Shown: piece by piece, positions 45,551 through 57,329 of the stretch
Layout: each line of letters starts with the position of its first letter
How positions within the stretch are numbered: position 1 is the first letter of the stretch
Assembly (NCBI RefSeq): GCF_009834535.1
Contig: NC_045696.1
Coordinates: forward strand, 1,550,001-1,612,000
DNA: 62,000 bases
From: Camelus ferus
Taxonomy: Eukaryota
Direction: 5' to 3'
The notes under the pieces: model-generated
Databases searched by the model: none
The model's input: only the letters and a program-made list of their open reading frames with translations
Told to the model about the DNA's origin: nothing
Translations under genes and position numbers: made by a program

Positions 45551-48500
45551 CCTGCACAGTGTTTTTCTTCGTTGCATTTTAATACGATCACGTGGGAACC
45601 AGGTGGCCGTGGGACAGGCCTGAGGCTCCGCAGCAGACTTGCCTTCCCGAGGTGGCAGCTCGGCCTGGGACTCCACCTCGTTCCCCGCCCCCCGCAACCT
45701 CAACTTCCCGGTTTCCCAGCAGCACCCGGGTAGGATGGACGTCTCCACCGACCTTGGGCCAGAACTCCGCGCTCCCTTCAGCCTGAGTGTGGGCAGCTGA
45801 CGCCGTCCTGCGGGGAGAAGGCAGCGGGGCGCTGAGACCACGCTTCTGTTTTATAGGTGGTTCTTGTCTCGGCTGCCGACCTGCCCTGGTCTGGGCCTGG
45901 TCACTGGACGGGAGCACGGAGGCCGAGTCCCCGATCCGCCGTTGCTGCTGCGGTGACGGTCATCGTGGCTTCTCGTGTTGGCCCCGTGACGTCCCGAGCC
46001 AGGTGCCCAGGCGGTCCCGCTCCTCTGGGCTCTTGCCTGCTGCCCACCCTGTGTCTGGGCCAGGACCTCGGCCCCTCTGCCAGCAGCACTCGTCGTGCCT
46101 TCCTGTTGAGGAGTTTCAGCCGTGCTTGTTAATGTCTGGGGTCTGGGGTGGTAGGAGGCGGGGGTCCCCAGTCCCACCTCCAGGCTGAGTGATTCGCTAG
46201 GAGGCCTCACAGCTGTGGTTTGTTGCAGAGAAAGGCCCAGGGGCTGAGTCAGCACAGGGAGGGTCGCGTGGGGAGAGGCCAGGGGACACCGGGCACAGGC
46301 TTCCTGAGCCCCCACCCCCACCCCGGGGAGTCACAAGGAAGCACTGACCCGCCAGCAGGGAGCTCGTGGGAGATCAGCGCCCAGGGCTCTCCTGGGGGCT
46401 GGTCACGTGGGCGCCCTCCGCCTGGCCTGCGCCCAAGTTCCAGACTCCCAGAGGGAGCGCAGCTGTCCATACTGCGTGTGCAGGCGGGCCAGGCCCGGGA
46501 GGCCCCGCGTCACTCCACGCGCACGTTCCCAGACGCCCGAGGGGGCGTCCCGGGCCTGCTGTGCGCTTCCCTCTGTAGGCTCCCCTTTGGGGATTTTAAT
46601 TACATTTGTTTCAGAACGTTTGTTCGCTCTGTCCCTTCCTGAGTGTTTCAGTTTTCATTTGGGGCCCCTTTTCTGTGGTGCTGGTTTTGTGAGAGATTTG
46701 GGTGATTTGGGTCAGTGTCCACCCTGTCTTCCTGTTTGCCAGTCCGATTCCAGGGACAGAGAGGGGAGTTCTGGGGCTTTATCTTCTGGGTGTGGGGGCC
46801 CCACTGCGCCCCTCCAGGCTCTGGCCCTGCACGACCGGAAACGCAGAGCTTCGCAGGGCCCTCGGCCCTTTGGCCCCTGTTGTCTTTGTGTGGGACGAGC
46901 GCTTGTCCGATGCGTCCGTCCCCCGTGTCAGCCAGGGTGCCTGGGTGGAGTACATGAGGGAGGCCCCCGTCTGCCCGCGTCAAGGGCGCCCTTCCCCCCA
47001 GGAACTGGGCTTTGTAGAGGGGACAAGGTGGTTCAGTCCTTGAAGAGGCAGACAGCACCAGCCTTCCCCACCCCTGACCCAGAGTCCCCGAGCCCAGGCC
47101 CCTGTGGCATCTGGACCCGTGTCCTGGGTGTGGACTTGCCCCGCGCCCACCACCTCCCCCTTTGAGCGAAGCCCGGTTCTGGAGGACGCCAGCCTGGCCC
47201 AGTCACACCCTGATTCAGCAGAGGTGCCATCAAGCCCGTCTGCCAGGCCAGCCACCCCGTCACCCCTGAGCCCCAGGATCCTCGGGCACCTGATGAGGGT
47301 TCCTCTCCGCCAGCGCCTGCCCTCCCGCACAGCAGTCTCTGCCCACTGGCCTTGGGGAGGCGTGCCCTGCCCCCTGCCTGGCTGTGTCCCCCGCCTGGCT
47401 GCCCCACTCTTCAGGCCCTGAGTCTCCTCCCCAGCTGCCCTCCCCAGCCAGGTGAACCAGTCACGCCTCCGCCACCCCCTGTTCCTCAGCTGAACAAGGG
47501 GTGATGCGGCCTGGGGAGGGTACCGCAGCGTCCAGGAGGACAGTGTGCCCGGCAGACGCGGCGCTGCTGGTGAGTCACCCTGCTGCCCTCAGGCCACGCC
47601 ACGTGGGGCAATCTTGGCCTCACCTTTTATATTTTGACTAGACTTGCTGTATCTCTGAGTGAGGGAGCTGATGTGTAAATGGTGCAAAGCTCAGGACTGA
47701 GTGGTCCTGGAGCGGGGCGTGTCCATGGTGTGACACTGCGGGTGGGGCTGGGCTGTGACCCGTGGAGCCAGAGGGGCGTTGTCCCCGGCCGGGCAGCCCT
47801 GCGCCCCCTCCCACCTGCCTCGGGTGCTGTCCTCGGGAATCATGCACGGCCAGGAAATGCCTCCGCAGCGGGAGCCGAGGTCCTGCGTAGACCTCTTCCT
47901 CCTTGGAGTCCCAAGGAGTCTCAGTGGTGGTCACTCTCTTTCAGGAGTGGAGATGAGGGAGGCTGTGTTCTCAGGGTGACGGGCCTGGTGTCCAGCCTTG
48001 GGGCGGCGCCAGGGGAGCACAGGTGGGGTCTCATGGGAAGTGGGAGGGGATGGCAGGGCCTGCAGCCCACTCGCTGCCATCACTCAGTGGCGGGCGCAGG
48101 ATCCCTGGGCGGGACCTGCTGCCCAGTAGCACAGTGAGGAGCGCCCGGGCCTGTGGATGGAGGCTGCGTACCCAGTCGGTGGGTAGGGTCCTGGGGGCAG
48201 CTGGACCAGGTCATAGGTGGTCCGAGCCAGCTGCCTGGGCTGGGCGGCGTGTGAGCGAGTGACGGATCCCTGCGACTCAGGTTGTCTCCAGGGGATGGTG
48301 GTGCCAGGTCCCTTTCAACTGGCGCATGAGCGTGTGCCTGCGCGTGTGGGTTTACCTCCCTGGCAGAGGACCTGACGCTGGAGCTGGCTCAGATGGAAAC
48401 GAGAGACCGAGGGATTGTCTTGCTAGTGGCTCTTTGAAATCCTGGATAATGCACTGAATGAGTTGGAACCACATGAAACACTTGCAGCTTCGGGGCAAAG

Positions 48501-50019
48501 CCGACTCAGGGAATCTCACGGGGTTCTCCCTCCTGGACCAGTTCCCGCCCGAGGAGCAGCTACTCGAGGGGACGAGGCGGCAGCGAGGTCCCAGGTGCCA
48601 GACCTCGGGTGCCACCTCACCCGGCACGGCCCCCGCCTCCTGCCACGCTCCACGCCCACGTGTGCACACACGTGGCTCCTCGGGGGTGAGAAGCCTCTGC
48701 GGACTTCAGGGGTGAGCGGGTCAAGGGTGAGCACCAGCCTGCACACTGGACCCCCAACTCGCCAGCGAGGAGGAGGGCATCTGAGGCCCAGCCACACGGG
48801 GCGGGATGGAGTCGGCCTTCGCTCCCCACCGCTGCAGCCCCTGGGCACTGCCTGGGAGTCTGGCAGGCTTACAGGGACCAGCGAGGTCTGGGCTGCAGCG
48901 ACAAGGGAGGGAGGATGTCCTGGGCTGGCTGAGCCAGAGCTGTGGGGGGCACCCACAGGGAGTGACCGGCCGCAGGGGAGGGAGGGGCCCCTGCCCACCA
49001 GCGCCCAGTGAAGGCAGAGTGTGGAGGTGAGTCCCACACCTGTCCGCGCTCCCCCGGCCCACACCTGGCCCAAGGCTCCCACCTGTCTGTCTCCCCTCCT
49101 GTCCCCGGCCTGGGCTGCCCCGTCACGTCAGCACCAACCACTGTGGACGTGGAATCAGGGTGGACAAATGAGGTGCCACGGGATTGGTGACGCTGCTGCC
49201 CAGGGCTGAGGGGACACGTGGAGGGGGCTGCCCGTCGCTGCAGGGAAGTGAAGGTTGCCCCAGATCATCCACCCTTTACAGCACGAGCTGAGTGCTGTGG
49301 CCCCAGGGCTCCCAGCGCCCGAGGACGGACGGGACAGACGGACAGACAGACGGAGAGCCTGCGCCCTGCCTCCCACCCACACTCTCCCCGAGTTTGGGAT
49401 GCCGCGGGGCGAGGATGCCGCCCCGCCCGTCCGCACCTGCCTGCACCACGAGCACAGCTTCCCTGCTGGTCCGCTGAAGTGAGTTGCATCTCCAGACTCT
49501 GTGATCCCAGCCTCCCTGTGCTTCGGGGGTAAACCCCTCGCGTGTGCCGCCCGCTCGCAGCGGGTGGGGCGCGGCTCCCGTCTGCGTCTCGCTCGCGGCG
49601 TCAGGCCGGCCTCGAGGATGGCTCGGAGCCTCCATCTTTCTTTCTTACGGGATCCCCTGTTCTTGAAAGTTTGGCGGAACTTCCCCGTTAAGCCACCTGG
49701 GCCTCCTGCTTTCTTTGGGATTTTTTTTTTAACATTTAAACCAGCTAAATAAAGCATTACGTTTAAAGTGGATTCTTGCAGAGAGAATGTGTTTGGGTCT
49801 CGTTGCTGTGTTTTTATTATTCTTTATCTGGTCTGACGATCTCGCTTTTAATGAGTGTATTTATGTTCAGTGAAAATCCCTGCGGTGCTTGGATTTCGTC
49901 TACAGCGTTTGACTTCCGTTTGCCCCTCTGGTTTGAGTCTTTCCTCCTAATTTCCTGTCCTTTTTTAGATTACTTGAATATTTTTTAGTATTCCATTTAG
50001 TTTGTTGGCGTTTTAAAAA

Positions 50020-50088
50020 ATTTTAAATTGAACTGTAGTCAGTTTACAGTGTTGTGTTCGTGTCCAGTGCACAGCACACCAACTCAGT

Positions 50089-50143
<55 letters not shown>

Positions 50144-50260
50144 CCTCCTCACCGCAGGTCACCGCGAGGCCCCGGGCGCAGCCCTGCGCTGTGCGGAGGG
50201 CCTGGCTGTCGGCCTGTCTGTTTGCAGTGGTCGGTGTCGGCCGACCCAGCTTGTTGGCTT
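50020..50260 (-). mobile_element. Artiodactyl-type L1 3' end fragment containing a (CA)n expansion
   Basis: attgaactgtagtcagtttacagtgttgtgtt...ccagtgcacagcaca aligns with the 3' ends of the L1 copies at 25436 and 57497. Confidence 0.7.
50091..50140. repeat. (CG)4(CA)21 microsatellite
   Basis: Direct read: cgcgcgcg followed by 21 perfect CA units (50099-50140). Confidence 0.97.
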
Positions 50261-53200
50261 CTTAGGTGCTTGTTTGTGTTAATCTTTTAGTGCTTGCTCC
50301 GGGGACCACAGCAGACTTCCGATTGTGCGCAGTCCGTGTTAATACTGCACCACTGCAGGTGAAGCCCAGAGCCCTTCCGGTCGTGAGACCCCGCGTTGTG
50401 TTTGTCATCTGCGTTACACGTGCACACGCGGGTCACCTGGACGATGTTCAAGTTCTGGCCTTCGGTAGTTATTTGAAAGAACCTGAAGGAGAAAACCAGC
50501 ACGTTACGCTTGTCCGGATGTTCGTTCTTCCTGTGTCTTCTTCTGCCTCTGAGGCCCTGTCCCCTTGGGTGTCACTTTCTGCGTCAAGAACTTCCTGTGG
50601 GCACCACGTCCCCAGGCTTTACCTGCGCCTGTGTCCCTGGAGACCCTCCACGCTGTAGGGTCCAGACTAGGGGCGTCGTCCACTGTCCGGGGGCCTCGCG
50701 TCCCCGACGTGACTGGAGTTGGCGCCCCTGAAGCTGTGCCCCTCTCCGGCCCCCTCGGTCTCTGGTTTCACGCTGGGCCATCTCCGGCCCTGGCCTCCCC
50801 GAGTCTGTCCTGTCTGGGTGTCATGGAGCTTTGCGAGTGTGTAAATCCGTGTGTTTGCCACATTCGAGAAGTTGGCAGCCACCGTTTCTCGGCACCGTCT
50901 TCCCTCTCCCTCTGGGACACCTGGGACCCGGGGTCGGGCCCTGCGATGCCCCCGGCCCGTCAGAACCTCCTGTCCTCTCTCTGTTCTCCGGGGGTCGTTT
51001 CTGCGCCTCCACCTCACGTGCCCTGAATCTTCTGCCACCTTCATTCTGCTGCGGGCTTTTACAGGAAGACCCACCTCCTGTGCTGTGTTGTTTTGGCTCT
51101 AGGTCTTGTCGACGCCTCGGTTTCTCTGCTGAGAGCCGTGCGCCGCTGCACTGCAGGTGCGCACGCCCCGCTCAGGGAGGGCAGGGCCTCGGAACCGCTC
51201 GTGCTCGGGGCCGGCGTCTGCTCCTGGGCTTGCCCCTGGGGCTGCAGAGTTGCACACGCACTTCCTGCTGAAGAACCTTTGCTTGACTGCTATGTATGTG
51301 ATTATTTTGAGTGTCGTGTTTTCAGACTCTGGTTCTGCTCAGTTTCTCGGGAGATTTTTTTTTTCAAAGGCAGGGACTCCACCCTGCAGGTTCAGACTGA
51401 AGCTCTGTCTTGCCTTCTCTGTCCTCGGAGCTTTCGCCGCCGTGTCTGGGTTTGTGTGGCCCGGACCGGGTCAGAGTGGGGCTGGGGTGGCTTGCATCAT
51501 GGTTTAGGTCTTAAAGCTTTTCTTGCTTCTGTGTGGTGGTTGGCACAGGGAATCGGGGTGCCCCCTCCAGGGCTCTCCCTGCCGCTCCCCCTGACCTGTG
51601 GCCCCGGCCCCCTTCCCGGCCGGGTCTGGAGCTCTCAGCCGGGCAGCCTCTGTGCTCTGCGCGGACCAGCACTGCTGGGGCCCGTGCCCTCGCAAGCTGT
51701 GGGTGCAGCGGCCTTTGCTCCTGGTTCCTTTGGCCTCTCTTGGGGTTTGGGGCACCTGCCCAGCTGTGACTGTAGAGGGGGTGCTGGTTACAGGCCGGCC
51801 TTGGGCAGGGCCAGGAGAAGGGAGAGGGTCCTCCATCCCGTGGCACTCGGCACACCTCTGCCTGTCCAGTTCTAGAAACAGATTTCTCCTGGGACTTGGC
51901 TGTCCACGCTTGCTGCGAAGTCCCTGGTCCAGCTGCCCTCAGTCCGGGCCGGAGACGGGAGGACACGGCTCCCACCTCCCGGGTGAGGGCTGTCGCTCAA
52001 AGTGGCCTTCTGTGGTCCCTCCGCGGGCCCTCCGGCCTCCTGGGCCCCATGCAGATGGCGGTGCTGCTGCACCCCCCACCTCGTTTCTCTCCGTCCACTC
52101 GTCAGGACACCCCTGGTTTTGGGTTTTGGTGACAGCTGCAGCTGACAGCGGCGCCCTCAAAGTTCCTGCCCGCAACACGCATCCACGCCTTCTGTGCAGT
52201 GACCTCGCGCTGCTGCCTGGGGCTGCCGCTTCCGCCGTAAAACCCACCCTCGCTCTTCCCTCCTCCCAGGACCCGGCCACGTGGGGTCAGGACCCCCAAG
52301 ACTGTCCTCGGGTCCCATAGCCTGTCCGTTTCTCTTCAGTCTTGTTTCCTCTCTTCCTCAGTTCAGTTCTGTCAGTCGGTTTTCTGGCTGAGCCGACCAG
52401 GGAATCACGCGTTTTGGCTGTTCCAGAACCGAGGAGTGCAGCTGACACGCTTAAGCACCCTGCTGACCTGCGAGGTGCCGCGTCCTCACCTTGTTTTCCC
52501 TTTGTCCCTCGAACCTGCTCACACACTGCTCGCATCTCGCGGCTCCAGCCCCAGGACCACCTCCCGGCTGCCATCGCCTGTCTCTCCCTTCTTCTCTCAT
52601 CGGGGGTTTTTCGTCATCGGTGAAGCTTTGCCGCTGAGATGTCCCAGACTCTGGGCTCTTGTCTTCCCTGAGGAGTGTTGCTTCTTGATCCAGTTGGTCC
52701 TTGAATCGGTGTGAGTTTGGTTTTGTGCTGCGTTGGGTCAGATCGAGGCGTGTCAGGGGTTCCCAAGCTCCCGTGACTCACCAGACCCCACACCCAAACC
52801 GTCCCCCAGCTCCTGCCAGGGCTTACTTTGGGCTTTGCCAGGGGCTGGGGGAGGTCTGGTGTGGACCTGACTTAAGGATGTCTCCCTTAGGACGAGGCAT
52901 GGCCTTTCTGGGTGCCAGGGGACAAGCGAGGGGCTGAGGCGGGGTCTCCATGCGCCCTGCCAGCTCCCTGGACTGCCCTGCCTCTGCCCACGCCCACCCC
53001 AGACCAGCTTCTCTGGCCGTCCCCACACGCTCACTGGCGGGTGCCGATAGTCCTCAGCCAAGGGCTTGGGGGCCACGGATTCTGGTGCCGCCCCCGTCCT
53101 GGTGCCCCACCTGCACACCCCTGCCGGTCCAGCTCTGCCACGTGGGAGCCACCCTGCCCCGGGAGGGGACCCCACCCTTGTGTCGCTTTCTCTGGGGTCA

Positions 53201-55522
53201 CAGTCTCACCCAGGCCTCGTCTGCTGCCTGGAGACAGTGCCTGTTGTCCATCAAGCGTGCTGGGGGTTTCGCCCACAAGCCCTGGCCCAAGACCAGCTGC
53301 CATCACAGCCCTGGTGGGACTGAGACCGTCACCAGCTTTGGTCTGTCCCCTTGTTATGGCCGACGTGTGATACTTGTATGATTTGAAAAACATAAAATGA
53401 GAATGTTGGTGAAGTGTCACCCACCCCTGCACGTGCGTCCCTGTCCGTGTTTCAGGCGATGCGTTGGCTGGCGCCGGGTGGGGGCAGGGGGAGGGTGATG
53501 GACAGGGGTGTTCCTCCTCCAGCCCCACCCTGACAGCTTGTGTCGCAGAGGGGACGGGGGAATAAACGCAGGCTTATTTGATGCCAGGTCTTCACCCTTC
53601 TGGAGATTACTTTTAAAGTGTATTTCATATTTATTTTTTGGCTTTAGACTGACCATCCTCTCTGTGAACCCTCACTCTGTTTTGGGGCCTCACATGGACC
53701 CTGGTGTCAGGCCCATCCCAAGCCTGAAGCAGCAGGAACCAGAACCCCCGACATGCAAGGCTGCTGGGCACTGTGCCTGGGCCATGGCACTGTGCGCTTG
53801 TGGTCAGCAGTCTCTGCAGGAGGAGGGTGTCCGCTGTCTGTGGGACAAGCCCCTGGAGGCGGGGGCCCGTGGGAGCAGGGCAGGGCTTCCCGCCGCACTG
53901 ACGACGTGGTGAGTGAGGGGCGGCGGCTTGTGGGGCAGTGGGCGCCTCAGCATCTGGGGCCCTTAGCTGGTGCCTGGGAAGAGCCTGTCCCCCCTGGTTG
54001 GCTGTGTCCCCCCACCCCCTCCTCTGCTCAGGAAGGCAGTCCCAGCCCCTCCAGTCAGCTGAGGGAGTCAGACAATTCCAGAGTGACGCTGAGTGGGAGA
54101 GCGTGGGTGGGATGGGGGGCCAGGACGGAGGAGCTGGGGTGGGAGCTCACTGCAGGGACCCAGGTCTCCATGTCCAGGTGTATCCAGGGAGGGGCGCGGG
54201 GCTGGGCAAGCAGACAAGTGCCCTGGGGCACACCTTCACATCTGAGCTCCTGGATCCCCGCCAGGGCCCCCAGCCCCTCCCAGAGCAGCGCAGAGGCCTG
54301 GCCCCCACCCCCGTCCCCGTCGACTGGCACCCCATCCATCAGATAGCACTCCGTCCCCGGCAGCGCTCCGCCTCGTGGACTGGCTTCAAGTATTTTCATG
54401 TACCCTCGAGAGAATGATTAAAAAGTAATTAACCTAAATTTAGCCTGATTGTCATAAATAAATTAGCCACATGAATCACCTGTGATTTGCCAGCCTGCAC
54501 ACGCCTGGCTCCAGGTGGACGTGGCCGTGGGAGAGGCAGCTGCCCCCGGCGGAGGGCGGGCCCTGCAGCCTCAGCAGGGGGACTCAGACCCCTCCCCACG
54601 CCTGCAGCCGTCTTGCAGGTGGCAAAGGGGGTCACTGGGTGCAACGTCACACCCCAGCCGGCCCCCAGGGGTCTGCCCAGCACTCCAGGGAGGGGCGGCC
54701 CCTGGCGCAGGACCCAGCAGGGTCTCAGGGTCTGGCCTAGGTGACCGCTCACTCTGCATGTGGCTGCGGGGGTCCCCAGCGGACGTGCTCTGCGAGCCAG
54801 GACAGGCCCGGCTAACGAGGCAGGGACCCCATACCAGGCTGGGGCAGGCCTGCTCGTCTCTCTCAGTCCCAGTCCAGGGGCTGCAGGGCTCTGCTCCCCG
54901 GAACCCCTCAGCTGTGGGCTCCCCCCCTCCATGGCAACCCCACCCCCACCCCGGGAAGGGCAGAGGGCTCAGAGCCAGCGTGTGAGGGGCCCCGCCAGGC
55001 CTGCACACAGAGAGTACGGAGACCGCGACAACGCGGTGAAGTCTGCCTGTAGCTGGACGAGGAGGTGGCGGGTGGGGCTGGCGTTTGCAGACCAACAGCA
55101 AAGCGCTCGATGCTTTGGCGCTTGGCCGTGGTCGTGAGGGTCTGGGCCGTCTGCGCTGGGGACGTCAGGCGTGCCCGGAGCACAGACATGCGTGTCTTCA
55201 CATTGCACATTCATCCCCCAACGTGTATTCCTTACCCTCGTTTCAACATGTTCAATCGCCAGTCATGTTACACTCAAGATTTTCATTATGTTAATATCAA
55301 CTAACAGTGTTGCTCTAAAATATTTCTAAAAGCCACGATTGTATTCAGAGTGTAAACCCTTGAATATGTTTCCATAAACTAAGTGAAATATAAAAATGAA
55401 CAACAAAAAATTGTTCATTGTTTTCAAATAGTTGTTTCCTTTCACAGTACTCAAAGGTGCGCATTAAAAGTGAAAACGCAGGTTATGATTGATGAATATA
55501 AAACGTCAGTAAACATTGTGGT

Positions 55523-55633
55523 GGGGGGAGGGTGTAACGTGCTTAGCATACACAAGGTCCTGGGTTCAATCCCAGTGCCTCCACTGAAAAACCAAACAAA
55601 TAAACCTAATTACCTGCCCCTGCCAAAAAAAAA
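55523..55633 (+). mobile_element. tRNA-Ala-derived SINE (vic-1 type), A-box region deleted
   Basis: ggggggagggtgta-acgtgcttagcatacacaaggtcctgggttcaatcccagtgcctcca...taaacctaattacc + A tail. Confidence 0.85.
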
Positions 55634-57329
55634 CCCCGAAACATTATTAAAATTAAGGTTTTGAAAATCTCATTCTTTTGAAAATGCAAGTAAGTCTTAC
55701 TGAAGGCGCTTTAAAGGAACAGCTTGCGATCTGAATTTTGAGGGAAAGGAGGTGCCCGGTGTCCCGCGTGCTCGGGACCTGCACCTAGAGGGCGTCTCAT
55801 CCGGGCCGCGTCCCTGGGATGCGGCAGCGGTGGCTCAAGTCTGCGCAGCCCTCAGACAGGGCTCGAGGGAAGGCAGGACCACCGGGCCTTTTGCTGCTCC
55901 GTGTCCGGGTCGGCCAGGCTAGCTCGCCTGCACCTCTTCTCATCCAGCGCCTCCTCCCTTCAAGCCAGGGCCCAGGCCCCTCTCCGCGGCCACACTGGCT
56001 GCGGGCCCTACCCTTCCCAGGTCTCAGGACACTGGCCTGAGCCCCGGGGCTGGGTGGTGGTGGTGAGGAGGGCGCGTGTCCTGGGTGTGCTGGGCGTGCG
56101 GGGGCCGGGTCCCGCTGCATGTGCCGTCCCTTGCGTACTTTTGTGTTTGTGACCTGCAGGCGCCTGACACGTGGCTCTTCTGGGACACGGGTCACTTCGC
56201 TCACAGCCTGCTGGTCACACACAGGGCTCAGGACAAGGATGGGGGTCTCCGGGGCCTGGAAGGATTGGGGAAAGGCGGTGTCCACACGACCTCCCACATG
56301 AGCCTTAGGTCAGGCCCCTCCTCCACCCCCTCACTGCGCCCTTCCTGCCCTGGGGACTGTGCGCTCGCCTCGGACGTGCTGTCTTCTAGGTGGGGGCCTG
56401 CCAGCCAAAATTTTGCTCAGCTATACATATATTTTTTAAACTTTACAGTTTCCTTCTGAATTTTGCAAACGCACGTCAGTAACTATGACTGCTCAAGCCT
56501 CTATGTCCTCGCCTCCCGCCAGGGAGGCTGGGATGCGAGTCAGGAGGATTGGCCCGCTGTGGGCAGCCTGCTCCCGGGGCTGGAGGGGCTGGGACCTGGC
56601 TCAGGGCAGGACCTGCCTGTGCCTGCGGTGCCTCTGTCGGGGTGGGCCAGGAGGTAACGATGATGTCCCACCCTGCCTTCAGGCCCAGCCAGCACGACTG
56701 TTTGCGCGAGTGTCTGTGTCCCCCCCTGCTCGACCGTCTTCCCGGTCTTGTTCACGGTGCTGACCCCCCACTCCTCCAGGTGCAGGGACAGCACCTGGCA
56801 GGCCCCTCTTCAGACTGCCGGCACTGCCGGATTTGGCTGGCTGGTTTTACTTTGTTTTGGTTTGGACTGGTTTGATTCCGATCGGCCAGCCGACAGGAGG
56901 AGGTTGCGCACAGACGGTGCTCACACCTCCTCCAGGACGGGGTCCCCGGCTCTGCTTGGTCGAGGGCCACCTTCCTGGACTCCCTGCGGTCCGGGCTGTG
57001 GTCACCTAGGTAGTGTAGCCCTTTGGGGGTCCCAAAGAGATGCTCATCTCAGGAGCCCAGGGACCTGCCTTCTGTCCTGAGAGCTTGGCCAGGCTGGGAA
57101 GTGGACGCCCAGGCTCGCACGTCCAGCAAAGGCCTAGGGACAGACTGGGCACCTTTCTGGCTCTTGCCTCCTCTTCCCGTGGCCCGCGGGCTCCTGCTGT
57201 GGCTGCAGCCTGGGGTGCACGGGCGGAGGTGTTTCCCGTCGCCCCCCATGGTTGTCCTCCCCCACAGCCCGCCCCTTCCGCCTGGTGTCCTGCTGTCTCT
57301 GTCTGCCACCTGGAGAGGAGGCATCCGCA

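Larger units (their letters stand above)
49470..52740 (-). mobile_element. Heavily diverged, GC-shifted old L1 fragments
   Basis: cttgaaagtttggcggaacttccccgttaagccacctgggcct; ttttttagtattccatt; cacattcgagaagttggcagccaccgtttc. Confidence 0.55.
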
